The position numbers and the translations under genes are program-made. From NCBI GenBank assembly GCA_033763905.1, contig JANRJP010000069.1, positions 1-11,939 of the forward strand: DNA of 11,939 nt, given 5' to 3'. Below, piece after piece: positions 1-6,886 of this stretch (within the stretch, counting starts at the first letter, position 1; each line of letters starts with the position of its first letter). The notes under the pieces were generated by a model. It made no database searches and was not told where the DNA came from. It saw only the letters and a program-made list of their open reading frames with translations. This DNA is from Gemmatimonadaceae bacterium (lineage in GTDB: Bacteria; Gemmatimonadota; Gemmatimonadetes; Gemmatimonadales; Gemmatimonadaceae).

Positions 1-59
1 GCGACGCGACTCTGCTGCAGAATGGACGTCGTCGTCGACGCACCAACGGGGACGGTCAT
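1..59 (-). CDS. 5' end of an unidentified protein-coding gene running off the left edge (MTVPVGASTTTSILQQSRV...)
   Basis: Minus-strand ATG at 59-57 with GGAG (71-68) 8 nt upstream; the frame is open to the window edge and lies downstream of the 167-203 terminator. Only 19 codons are visible, so no function can be assigned. Confidence 0.5.
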   Translation of the reverse strand, partial: MTVPVGASTTTSILQQSRV

Positions 60-166
60 CAGAAGTACTCCAAGCGGTAGGGCGAACAGCGCTCTCGGAC
101 CGGTGCGGACCGGGCGTCTAGGTGAAGCGTCGGCCTCCTGATGTGATACTTGAGCCCGCTGTGTAC

Positions 167-203
167 CAAAAAGCACAACGGCCGACGATTGCTCGTCGGC
201 CGT
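167..203 (-). terminator. Rho-independent terminator for the leuS / secreted-protein unit
   Basis: Minus strand reads ACGGCCGACGA-GCAA-TCGTCGGCCGT (perfect 11-bp stem, GNRA tetraloop; 203-178) followed by TGTGCTTTTT. It begins 21 nt after the TAA stop at 225-227. Confidence 0.75.
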
Positions 204-224
204 CGAAAAAGCGGATGAAACCGC

Positions 225-737
225 TTACTGCTTCGCGAAGACCTGCGTCGTCGAGAACTCGCCCATCGGCGTTTGGGCCGTCGCGTTGGTCGTCAGCGTC
301 TTGCCGTCGGCCGACAGCGTCATCATCTGCTTCTGCATCAACTCGCCCTGCGGCGTCGAGCGCTTGCTGGTGACGACCAGTGTCGTGCCTTCCCACTTCG
401 CCGTCGTCACCGTGGTACCGCCCCGGGGACCGGTCGCGCTGACCTCCTTGCCGTCGGTCGTCAGCGACTGATCGGCCGTCCGGGCACCGCGCGCCGTCTC
501 GGTGGTGGTCTTGATCGACACCGACGGTTCCTTATGCTCGATCACCATTGTGATCTTCGGCGTCTCGCCGCCGAACATCTGCGCCATCGGCCCCAGATCC
601 GACTTGGCAGCGTCCAGCTGCCAGGTCCCGGACAGATTCGGCGTTTGGGCCTGCACCGCCAGGGGGGCGGCAACGATCAGGCTGGCCAACAGCACACGGG
701 CACGACGCAACATCGAACGCTCCAAGTTGAATGTCAC
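225..737 (-). CDS. Secreted hypothetical protein, probable lipocalin/calycin-like beta-barrel (alternative ATG start at 713)
   Basis: Sec signal peptide (MLRRARVLLASLIVAAPLAVQA|Q); a PNLSGTWQLD motif resembling the lipocalin GxW; the rest is Thr-rich alternating beta-strand pattern. It lies 15 bp downstream of leuS and is followed by a terminator. Confidence 0.75.
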   Translation of the reverse strand: MTFNLERSMLRRARVLLASLIVAAPLAVQAQTPNLSGTWQLDAAKSDLGPMAQMFGGETPKITMVIEHKEPSVSIKTTTETARGARTADQSLTTDGKEVSATGPRGGTTVTTAKWEGTTLVVTSKRSTPQGELMQKQMMTLSADGKTLTTNATAQTPMGEFSTTQVFAKQ

Positions 738-752
738 AGGTCAGGGGGCTCG

Positions 753-3242
753 TCAGACCACGACGTTGAGCAGACGGCCCGGGACGTACACGATCTTCTT
801 CGGCGTTTCGTTGACGAACTTGGCGATGGCGGCATCCGCCATTGCCGCCGACACGACCGATTCCTGCGTCGCGTCCTTGGCCACGCGGACCTTGCCGCGC
901 GTCTTGCCATTGACCTGCACGACGATCTCGGCCGCGTCCTCGACCAGCAGTGCCGGATCAAACGCCGGCCAGCCGGCATCCATAATGCTGCCGGTCCCCC
1001 CAAGACGCTCGTGCAGTGCCTCGGCGATGTGCGGGGCGAACGGGGCCACCAGCGAGACCAGCGGGCGCACTTCGTCGAGGTGCGGCGTCCGCTCGCCGGC
1101 ACGGAGCACGTTCACATACTCCATCATCGCCGCGATCGCCGTGTTGTACGACAACTTCGGAATGTCCTCGCCGCACTTCTTGATCGTTGCGTGCAGCTTG
1201 CGCAGCACGCCCGCGTCGGGCGCACCGCTCGTCGTCGCACTCGTCGCCGACGACCACAGCCGGTCGAGGAAGCGCCGCACGCCCACGATGCCGCTATCGC
1301 GGTAATCCCCGCCCTCTTCGTAGGGCCCGAGGAACATCAGGTAGGTGCGGAACGTGTCCGCGCCCCACTGCTCGATCAGCGCATCGGGCGTGATGACGTT
1401 CCCCTTCGACTTCGACATCTTCGCGCCTTCGCGGATGATCATCCCGTGCGCACGGAATGTCGCGAAGGGCTCCTCGAAGTCGATCAGCTTGGCGTCGTGC
1501 AGCACCATCGTCACGAAGCGCGAATACAATAGATGCAGCACCGCGTGCTCGTTGCCACCGATGTAGCTCGTCACCGGCAGCCAGTGCTTCGTTCGCTCGG
1601 CGTCGAACGCCACGTCGGCACGATCGGCGCTCGGGTAGCGCAGGAAGTACCACGAGCTGTCGAGGAAGGTGTCCGACACGTCGGTCTCGCGCCGCGCCTG
1701 CTGGCCGCAACGCGGGCACGGGACGTGGTACCACTCCGCGTGACGCGCGAGTGGCGAAATCCCCGAGTCGTCCGGGCGGTAGTCTGGAATGTTGGGCAGC
1801 ACCACCGGCAACTGGTCTTCCGGCACCGGCTGCACGCCACAAGCGTCGCAATAGATGATGGGGATCGGCGGTCCCCAGTAGCGCTGACGCGAGATGCACC
1901 AGTCGTGCAAACGGTAGTTCACCACCGGCTTCGCGGCCTTCCGCGATGCCAGCCAGTCAACCACCGTGGCCTTCGCTTCATCCACCGCGAGGCCGTCGAA
2001 GCGACCGGAGTTCACCAGCCGCCCGTCGCCGACGTAGGCCTCGGTCAGCGGCGTGCGCGCGTCCTGCTCGTTGCCCGCGACCACCCGGACGATATCGAGA
2101 TCGAACACCTTCGCAAACTCGAAATCGCGTTCGTCGTGCCCGGGCACGGCCATAATCGCGCCGGTGCCGTACTCCATCAGCACGTAATCCGAGATCCAGA
2201 TCGGGATCGCCCGCTCGGTCGCCGGATTGATCGCATAGGCCCCGGTGAAAACGCCGGTCTTGTCCTTCGTGACCTTGCGCGACACCAGGTCCTGCGCCGC
2301 CGTGCTCGCCCGATACGCGTCCACCGCCACCCGCTGCTCGGCCGAGGTGATCAGATCCACCAGCGGATGCTCGGGGGCCAGCACGAGGTACGTCGCGCCG
2401 AAGATCGTGTCCGGGCGCGTCGTGAACACGGTGATGCTGTCCTCGGCGATCGGGTACTCGTTGGTGTCCGACACCGTGGCCGCACCAGCGTCAATGCGCG
2501 GATCGGTCACCGCGAAGGTGACGTGCGCCCCCTCCGAGCGACCAATCCAGTTCCGCTGCGCCTGCTTGGTCGTCTCGGCCCAGTCGAGCTGGTCCAGGTT
2601 GTCGAGCAGGCGCTTGGCGTAGTCGGAGATGCGGAAGAACCACTGCTCGAGTTCCCGCTGCTCCACCTCGGCGCCGCAACGCTCGCACTTGCCGCCTTCG
2701 ACCTGTTCGTTCGCGAGGACGGTCTTGTCGTTCGGGCACCAGTTCACCGACGCCCGCTTCTTGTAGGCCAGCCCCTGCTTGTAGAGCTGCAGGAAGACCC
2801 ACTGCGTCCACTTGTAGTACTCGGGCTGCGTCGTATCGACGGCGTAGCGCCAATCGATCATCAACCCAGCCCGGTCGAGCTGGCGGCGGAAGTTCGCGAT
2901 GTTGCGCGGAATCAGCTCCATCGGGTGCACGCCGACCTTCAGCGCGTAATTCTCCGAATGGATCCCGAAGGCGTCGAACCCCAACGGCTCGAAGACGCTG
3001 TGCCCTTTCAGCCGGTGAAATCGTCCGTGGATGTCATTCCCGGTGAACGCGTAGAGGTTCCCCACGTGCAGCCCTTCGGCCGAGGGGTAGGGGAACATCA
3101 TCAGCTGGTAGAACGGGTTGGCGCCGGTCAGGTTCGCCTGATGGGTACCACGTTCCTTCCAGCGCGCCTGCCAGGTGCGCTCGACGACCGACGGATCGTA
3201 CACGTCGCGGTCGGGGGCGTTCGGCGGAGTCGTCGCTGACAT
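753..3242 (-). CDS. leuS: Leucine--tRNA ligase (829 aa from ATG 3242; the ORF-track extension to 3605 is spurious)
   Basis: MFPYPSAEGLHVGN (HIGH region), KMSKS at 1421-1407, editing-domain motifs VFTTRPDT and YGTGAIMAVPGHDERD, DWCISRQRYWG, DTFLDSSWY, C-terminal VVQVNGK and IVYVPGRLLNVV. Confidence 0.98.
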   Translation of the reverse strand: MSATTPPNAPDRDVYDPSVVERTWQARWKERGTHQANLTGANPFYQLMMFPYPSAEGLHVGNLYAFTGNDIHGRFHRLKGHSVFEPLGFDAFGIHSENYALKVGVHPMELIPRNIANFRRQLDRAGLMIDWRYAVDTTQPEYYKWTQWVFLQLYKQGLAYKKRASVNWCPNDKTVLANEQVEGGKCERCGAEVEQRELEQWFFRISDYAKRLLDNLDQLDWAETTKQAQRNWIGRSEGAHVTFAVTDPRIDAGAATVSDTNEYPIAEDSITVFTTRPDTIFGATYLVLAPEHPLVDLITSAEQRVAVDAYRASTAAQDLVSRKVTKDKTGVFTGAYAINPATERAIPIWISDYVLMEYGTGAIMAVPGHDERDFEFAKVFDLDIVRVVAGNEQDARTPLTEAYVGDGRLVNSGRFDGLAVDEAKATVVDWLASRKAAKPVVNYRLHDWCISRQRYWGPPIPIIYCDACGVQPVPEDQLPVVLPNIPDYRPDDSGISPLARHAEWYHVPCPRCGQQARRETDVSDTFLDSSWYFLRYPSADRADVAFDAERTKHWLPVTSYIGGNEHAVLHLLYSRFVTMVLHDAKLIDFEEPFATFRAHGMIIREGAKMSKSKGNVITPDALIEQWGADTFRTYLMFLGPYEEGGDYRDSGIVGVRRFLDRLWSSATSATTSGAPDAGVLRKLHATIKKCGEDIPKLSYNTAIAAMMEYVNVLRAGERTPHLDEVRPLVSLVAPFAPHIAEALHERLGGTGSIMDAGWPAFDPALLVEDAAEIVVQVNGKTRGKVRVAKDATQESVVSAAMADAAIAKFVNETPKKIVYVPGRLLNVVV

Positions 3243-3306
3243 CGGGGGCCGTTGGTCGGTGTGCAAACGGCCGTGGCGTGCTGGCGCCGCGGCCGTCGTA
3301 ACTGTG

Positions 3307-3338
3307 TAGAATCTAGCGACGCCACCCTGCGATCTCCA
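3307..3338. promoter_or_regulatory. Candidate overlapping divergent sigma70-type promoters for leuS and the MCP gene
   Basis: Minus strand: TGGAGA (3338-3333), 17-nt spacer, TAGATT (3315-3310). Plus strand: TAGAAT (3307-3312) with no good -35. This is the main AT-rich patch in the 100-bp intergenic region. Confidence 0.45.
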
Positions 3339-3342
3339 CTCG

Positions 3343-4695
3343 ATGCGACGCCTCGTCCGACGAATCCTGCTCGTGGCCGCCATACTGCTGGCGGTGTCGC
3401 TCCCGATGGCGGCGCGCGTCGTCGGCCGATTCGGCTCGACCGCCGAGTGGCTCAGTGCCGCCGGCCTCCTGCTCGGCCTCGGCGGCGTGATCGTCTGCTG
3501 CATCTTCCTGTTCGTCATCTTCCCGCGGCTCGAGGCGGGCACCCAGCAGATTGTTGAGGTCGCGGAGTCGGTCGCGGCTGGCGACCTCCGGCGTTCGCTC
3601 GACACCCGCGCGGTCGGCGGCTTTCAGCGGCAGTGGAAGATTTTCGGCCGGATGGTCGAGTCGCTCCGCCGGCTCGCCTCCTCGTTGCGGAGCGCGGCGC
3701 AGGAAAACGCCCGCACCGCGCAGATGGTCAGCGCTGGCGCCGACGCCACGCGCGAGGCAGCCGCGCAGGTGTCGAGCGGCACGGCCGAGCTCGAAACCGC
3801 CGCGGCCGATATGGCCGCCGGCGTGCGACAGCTGCAAACCGATAGCGGCCACCTCGTGACGATGGCTGCCAGCGTGAATAGCGGGGCCGAGCACGGCGCC
3901 AGTCGCAATGCGCGGATGCGCGAGACCGCGCGCAGCGCCCGCACGCAGCTCGACCACGCGAACATACTGCTGCGCGGCCTTGCCGCCGACGCGACCGGCA
4001 GCGCCGAGTCGGTCGCCGCCTTGGCCGGCGCCGCCGACGAGATTCAGGCCTTCACCGTCTTCGTGCAGAACATCGCGCGACAGTCCCGCCTGCTCTCGCT
4101 CAATGCCGCGATGGAAGCAGCCCGCGCCGGCGAGTTCGGGGACGGCTTCGCCGTCGTTGCCGCCGAAGTGCGCCGGCTCGCGCAGAGCTCGGCGGAGGGC
4201 GCCGAGCGCACGGAGCAACTCGTCCGCGACATTGCCGCGCGGGTGGCCGATTCGGTGGAAAAGAGCGACCGACTGATCGGCACGTTGGGGGCCGTCACCG
4301 ACGCGACGTCCGCCGGTGTGCGCACCTTCGATGACTTGGTTCGCGATGTCGCCGAGTCCGACGAGTGGGCGCTCGCGAGCGCCGAAACGGCTCGGCAGGC
4401 TGACCAACTCTCGCGGGCGTTGCAGGCGCAACTCGTGCGCGTCACCGACCGCTTGGATCAGCTCCTCGCGATCAGCCACGAGCTCGATCAGACCGGCAAG
4501 TCGCAGCTCCGTTCGGCAGACGCGCAGGGCGCGGTGGCATCGCGTCTCGCCGCGCGTGCGACCGAGCTCGCCGCCATCGCGGCGGAATTCCGACTGCCCG
4601 GCGACTCTGAGGACGGGCCGCGTCGCAGCTCAGGTGCCACGACCGGGGAGTTCCGGCTCAGCGCACCACGACCGGCGATCCCATCGCCGGCGTAA
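3343..4695 (+). CDS. Methyl-accepting chemotaxis-like protein (2 TM, HAMP, MCP signalling domain; no periplasmic ligand-binding domain)
   Basis: Two N-terminal hydrophobic helices; HAMP-like IVEVAESVAAGDL...FGRMVESLR; hairpin-tip motif IARQSRLLSLNAAMEAARAGEFGDGFAVVAAEVRRLA. Confidence 0.9.
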   Translation: MRRLVRRILLVAAILLAVSLPMAARVVGRFGSTAEWLSAAGLLLGLGGVIVCCIFLFVIFPRLEAGTQQIVEVAESVAAGDLRRSLDTRAVGGFQRQWKIFGRMVESLRRLASSLRSAAQENARTAQMVSAGADATREAAAQVSSGTAELETAAADMAAGVRQLQTDSGHLVTMAASVNSGAEHGASRNARMRETARSARTQLDHANILLRGLAADATGSAESVAALAGAADEIQAFTVFVQNIARQSRLLSLNAAMEAARAGEFGDGFAVVAAEVRRLAQSSAEGAERTEQLVRDIAARVADSVEKSDRLIGTLGAVTDATSAGVRTFDDLVRDVAESDEWALASAETARQADQLSRALQAQLVRVTDRLDQLLAISHELDQTGKSQLRSADAQGAVASRLAARATELAAIAAEFRLPGDSEDGPRRSSGATTGEFRLSAPRPAIPSPA

Positions 4696-5728
4696 GCGCC
4701 GACTGCAGTCCGGTGATCCCTGCCGGGTTGCCCATCACGATCAGCCGATCGCCCTCGGCGACCCGGTGCTCCGGCGGCGGGTTGTAGACCAAGTCGCCCG
4801 ACCCGCCGCGTTGCGCGGCGAGCACCAGCAGGTTCTGGTACTTCCGAAGCGCCAGCTCCTCGACTGTCCGACCTGCCACCGGCGACCCCGCCGGCACCTC
4901 GACTTCTTCGATGCGCAGCCCGTGCCCCTTGTCGCGGAGCATCCGGTCGAGGAAGCCGACGACGGTGGGGCGCACCAGCTCGCTCGCGAGCCGCATCCCG
5001 CCGATGAGCCCGGGGGACACTACGCCATCGGCCCCCGCCGACTTCAAGCGCTGAATCGCCCGTTCATCGGTCGCGCGCGCCACGATGCGCACCGTGGCGC
5101 TTAGATGCCGCGCCGTGACCGTGCCCACCAAGGAGTCCTTGTCACTGTCGGCACAGAAGACCACGCCGGCGGCCCGTTCGATGCCCGCCTGCACCAGCGT
5201 CGTGTCGTCGGTGAAGTCGCCGCGCACGATGAACAGCTCGGGCCAGTCTTCCAGAATGCGGGTGATCGTCGGCTCGTCGGTCTCGACGAGCACCGCGACG
5301 CGGCGCGTCTCGCGCAGTTCGTGTAGAACGGCAAGCCCGGCCTGGCCGGCGCCGCAGACGATGTAGTGGCCCTGCAGTTCATCGATCGCACGTTGCATAC
5401 GACGCCTCCGAAAGCCCGCGGTCAGATCGCCTTCCACGAGGAAGGCCGTAATCACAGATGCGAAATACACGACGCCGGTGGCGCCGAAGAGCAGCAAGAC
5501 GATCGTGAACGCCTGCGCCACCGGCTTGTCGGCGATCGGAATGACTTCGCCATACCCGGTGGTCGTCAGCGTGATCGTGGTCATATACAGCGCGTCGAGC
5601 CACGAATGCGCCGACCCGCCGATGAGCTTGTATCCCACCACCCCCACGGCGTACACCACCGTGAGCGCCCCAAGTGCCATCAGGACGCGTTCACGGAGCC
5701 GCCGCAGTTCGTCAGGATCAGCCGCCAC
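4658..5728 (-). CDS. RCK-gated 2-TM potassium channel (MthK/Kch-like; pore + TrkA_N + TrkA_C)
   Basis: TM1, pore helix WLDALYMTTITL, filter TTGYG (within 5566-5549), TM2; RCK_N with GHYIVCGAGQAG, GD..D...L..AGI..A and AGADGVVSP; C-terminal RCK_C with GSPVAGRTV and NPPPEHRVAEGDRLIVMG. Confidence 0.92.
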   Translation of the reverse strand: MAADPDELRRLRERVLMALGALTVVYAVGVVGYKLIGGSAHSWLDALYMTTITLTTTGYGEVIPIADKPVAQAFTIVLLLFGATGVVYFASVITAFLVEGDLTAGFRRRRMQRAIDELQGHYIVCGAGQAGLAVLHELRETRRVAVLVETDEPTITRILEDWPELFIVRGDFTDDTTLVQAGIERAAGVVFCADSDKDSLVGTVTARHLSATVRIVARATDERAIQRLKSAGADGVVSPGLIGGMRLASELVRPTVVGFLDRMLRDKGHGLRIEEVEVPAGSPVAGRTVEELALRKYQNLLVLAAQRGGSGDLVYNPPPEHRVAEGDRLIVMGNPAGITGLQSALTPAMGSPVVVR

Positions 5729-6752
5729 GACGGTACAAAAAGGCGCAGGGTTCCAGACGGGCGCCGGCGGCGTCTGCCACCGCGAATTGCGCGCCCTCGT
5801 ACATCGTCACGCCCGCGTACTTGCCGTCTTTCCGCACGAGATAGAACTGCAGATCGTACTTCGGACGACCGCGCGCATCGAGCATTCGCGCCTCAGTGAG
5901 ACTCACCACACGCTCCAAGACCTTGAGTCCCGCCTGCTGCGGATCCATGCCCTGCCGCATCAGCTCCACCGCAAGCATCGCCCCGCAGGCCTTGATGTTC
6001 ATCTCACCGAGCCCGGTGGCACCGGCCGCACCCACCGTGTTGTCGCAGTATTGCCCGGCCCCGATGATCGGGGAATCTCCCACCCGCCCCGGCACCTTCC
6101 ACGCCAAGCCGCTCGTGGTCGTGCAGCTGGCAATGTCACCCGACGCCGTGACCGCATTCATGTTGATCGTGCCGGTCGTGAACTTGATCGCGATCGGATC
6201 GGTGTAATCGAGGAAGTTGTCACCGCTGTTGAGATTGGCTCGCCACTTGAGCCACATCTGCCGCGACTTCTCGGTGAGCAGATTCTGCCGCGTGAAGCCA
6301 AGATCCAGCGCAAACCGCTGCGCGTCCTTACCCACCATCAGGACGTGCGTGGTGTAATCCATCACCGCCTTCGCGACGAGCGACGGGGTCGCGATCTCTT
6401 CCAGACACGCCACGGCGCCCGCCCGCTTCGTCGGACCGTGCATCACCGACGCGTCCAGTTGCACCACGCCTTCGGCATTCGGCAGCCCGCCGAGCCCGAC
6501 CGAGGTATCCTCCGGATCCAGCTCCTGGATGTTCACGCCGGCGATGATCGCGTCGAGCGGATCGGTGCCAGCGGTGATCTGCGCGTACGCCTTGGCGACG
6601 CCGCGCAGACCGTTCGCGCTCGAGACGACCACCGGTCGGCCAGCACTGAACGTCGGCGCCAGCGGCGCCAGGGCCTCGGCCGGCCGTGCCAGCGCAGCGG
6701 TCGCCAAGGTGGCGGCAGTACCGCCAAGAAAGTCGCGTCGAGTAATCGGCAT
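5718..6752 (-). CDS. Tat-exported asparaginase-2 family Ntn-hydrolase (glycosylasparaginase / isoaspartyl peptidase-like)
   Basis: Twin-arginine signal MPITRRDFLGG (ATG at 6752); SVGLGGLPN...VQLDASVM, AGAVA, predicted nucleophile G|TIN (Thr codon 6170-6168), TTSGLAWKVPGRVGDSPIIGAG, ATGLGE. Confidence 0.9.
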   Translation of the reverse strand: MPITRRDFLGGTAATLATAALARPAEALAPLAPTFSAGRPVVVSSANGLRGVAKAYAQITAGTDPLDAIIAGVNIQELDPEDTSVGLGGLPNAEGVVQLDASVMHGPTKRAGAVACLEEIATPSLVAKAVMDYTTHVLMVGKDAQRFALDLGFTRQNLLTEKSRQMWLKWRANLNSGDNFLDYTDPIAIKFTTGTINMNAVTASGDIASCTTTSGLAWKVPGRVGDSPIIGAGQYCDNTVGAAGATGLGEMNIKACGAMLAVELMRQGMDPQQAGLKVLERVVSLTEARMLDARGRPKYDLQFYLVRKDGKYAGVTMYEGAQFAVADAAGARLEPCAFLYRRGG

Positions 6753-6851
6753 CGGCAAAGAGAGGGCGTGTCGTCGGTTGAGCGTGTCGTAATGATGCGC
6801 CCGAGTCGGCCTGGAGGCGAGCGCCCAGCCTGCAGCGCACCCCCGCCCCCG

Positions 6852-6886
6852 TTGCCGCCGGGCCGGGACACCGGCAGGTTCAAGGG
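6852..6886 (+). promoter_or_regulatory. Candidate sigma70-type promoter giving a leaderless cNMP-aspA transcript
   Basis: TTGCCG (6852-6857), 17-nt spacer, CAGGTT (6875-6880), then 6 nt to the ATG at 6887. There is no properly spaced Shine-Dalgarno sequence. Confidence 0.4.

Noticed and set aside
60..165. Possible riboswitch, sRNA or small ORF in the leader (AGGAGG at 139-134 on minus; GGACCGG repeated at 97-112)
   Set aside because: No start codon follows the SD-like motif at a usable distance, and I recognise no riboswitch consensus.
153..169. Sigma54-like GG-N10-GC on the minus strand (TTGGTACACAGCGGGCT) upstream of the partial gene
   Set aside because: The -12 element (GGGC versus TTGC) is poor and the site overlaps the terminator tail; too weak to call.
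273..3239. Near-continuous antisense ORFs (419 aa + 568 aa) opposite leuS
   Set aside because: They are codon-aligned with the sense frame, where antisense stops require TTA/CTA/TCA sense codons that are rare in GC-rich genes. The translations have no recognisable motifs.
3243..3342. T-box riboswitch upstream of leuS
   Set aside because: Only 100 bp are shared with a divergent gene and no T-box consensus (UGGNACC) is present.
3243..3605. 121-aa N-terminal extension of LeuRS in the ORF track
   Set aside because: It overlaps the MCP gene on the opposite strand and is low-complexity. LeuRS similarity starts just after Met at 3242, and a promoter-like element lies at 3310-3338.
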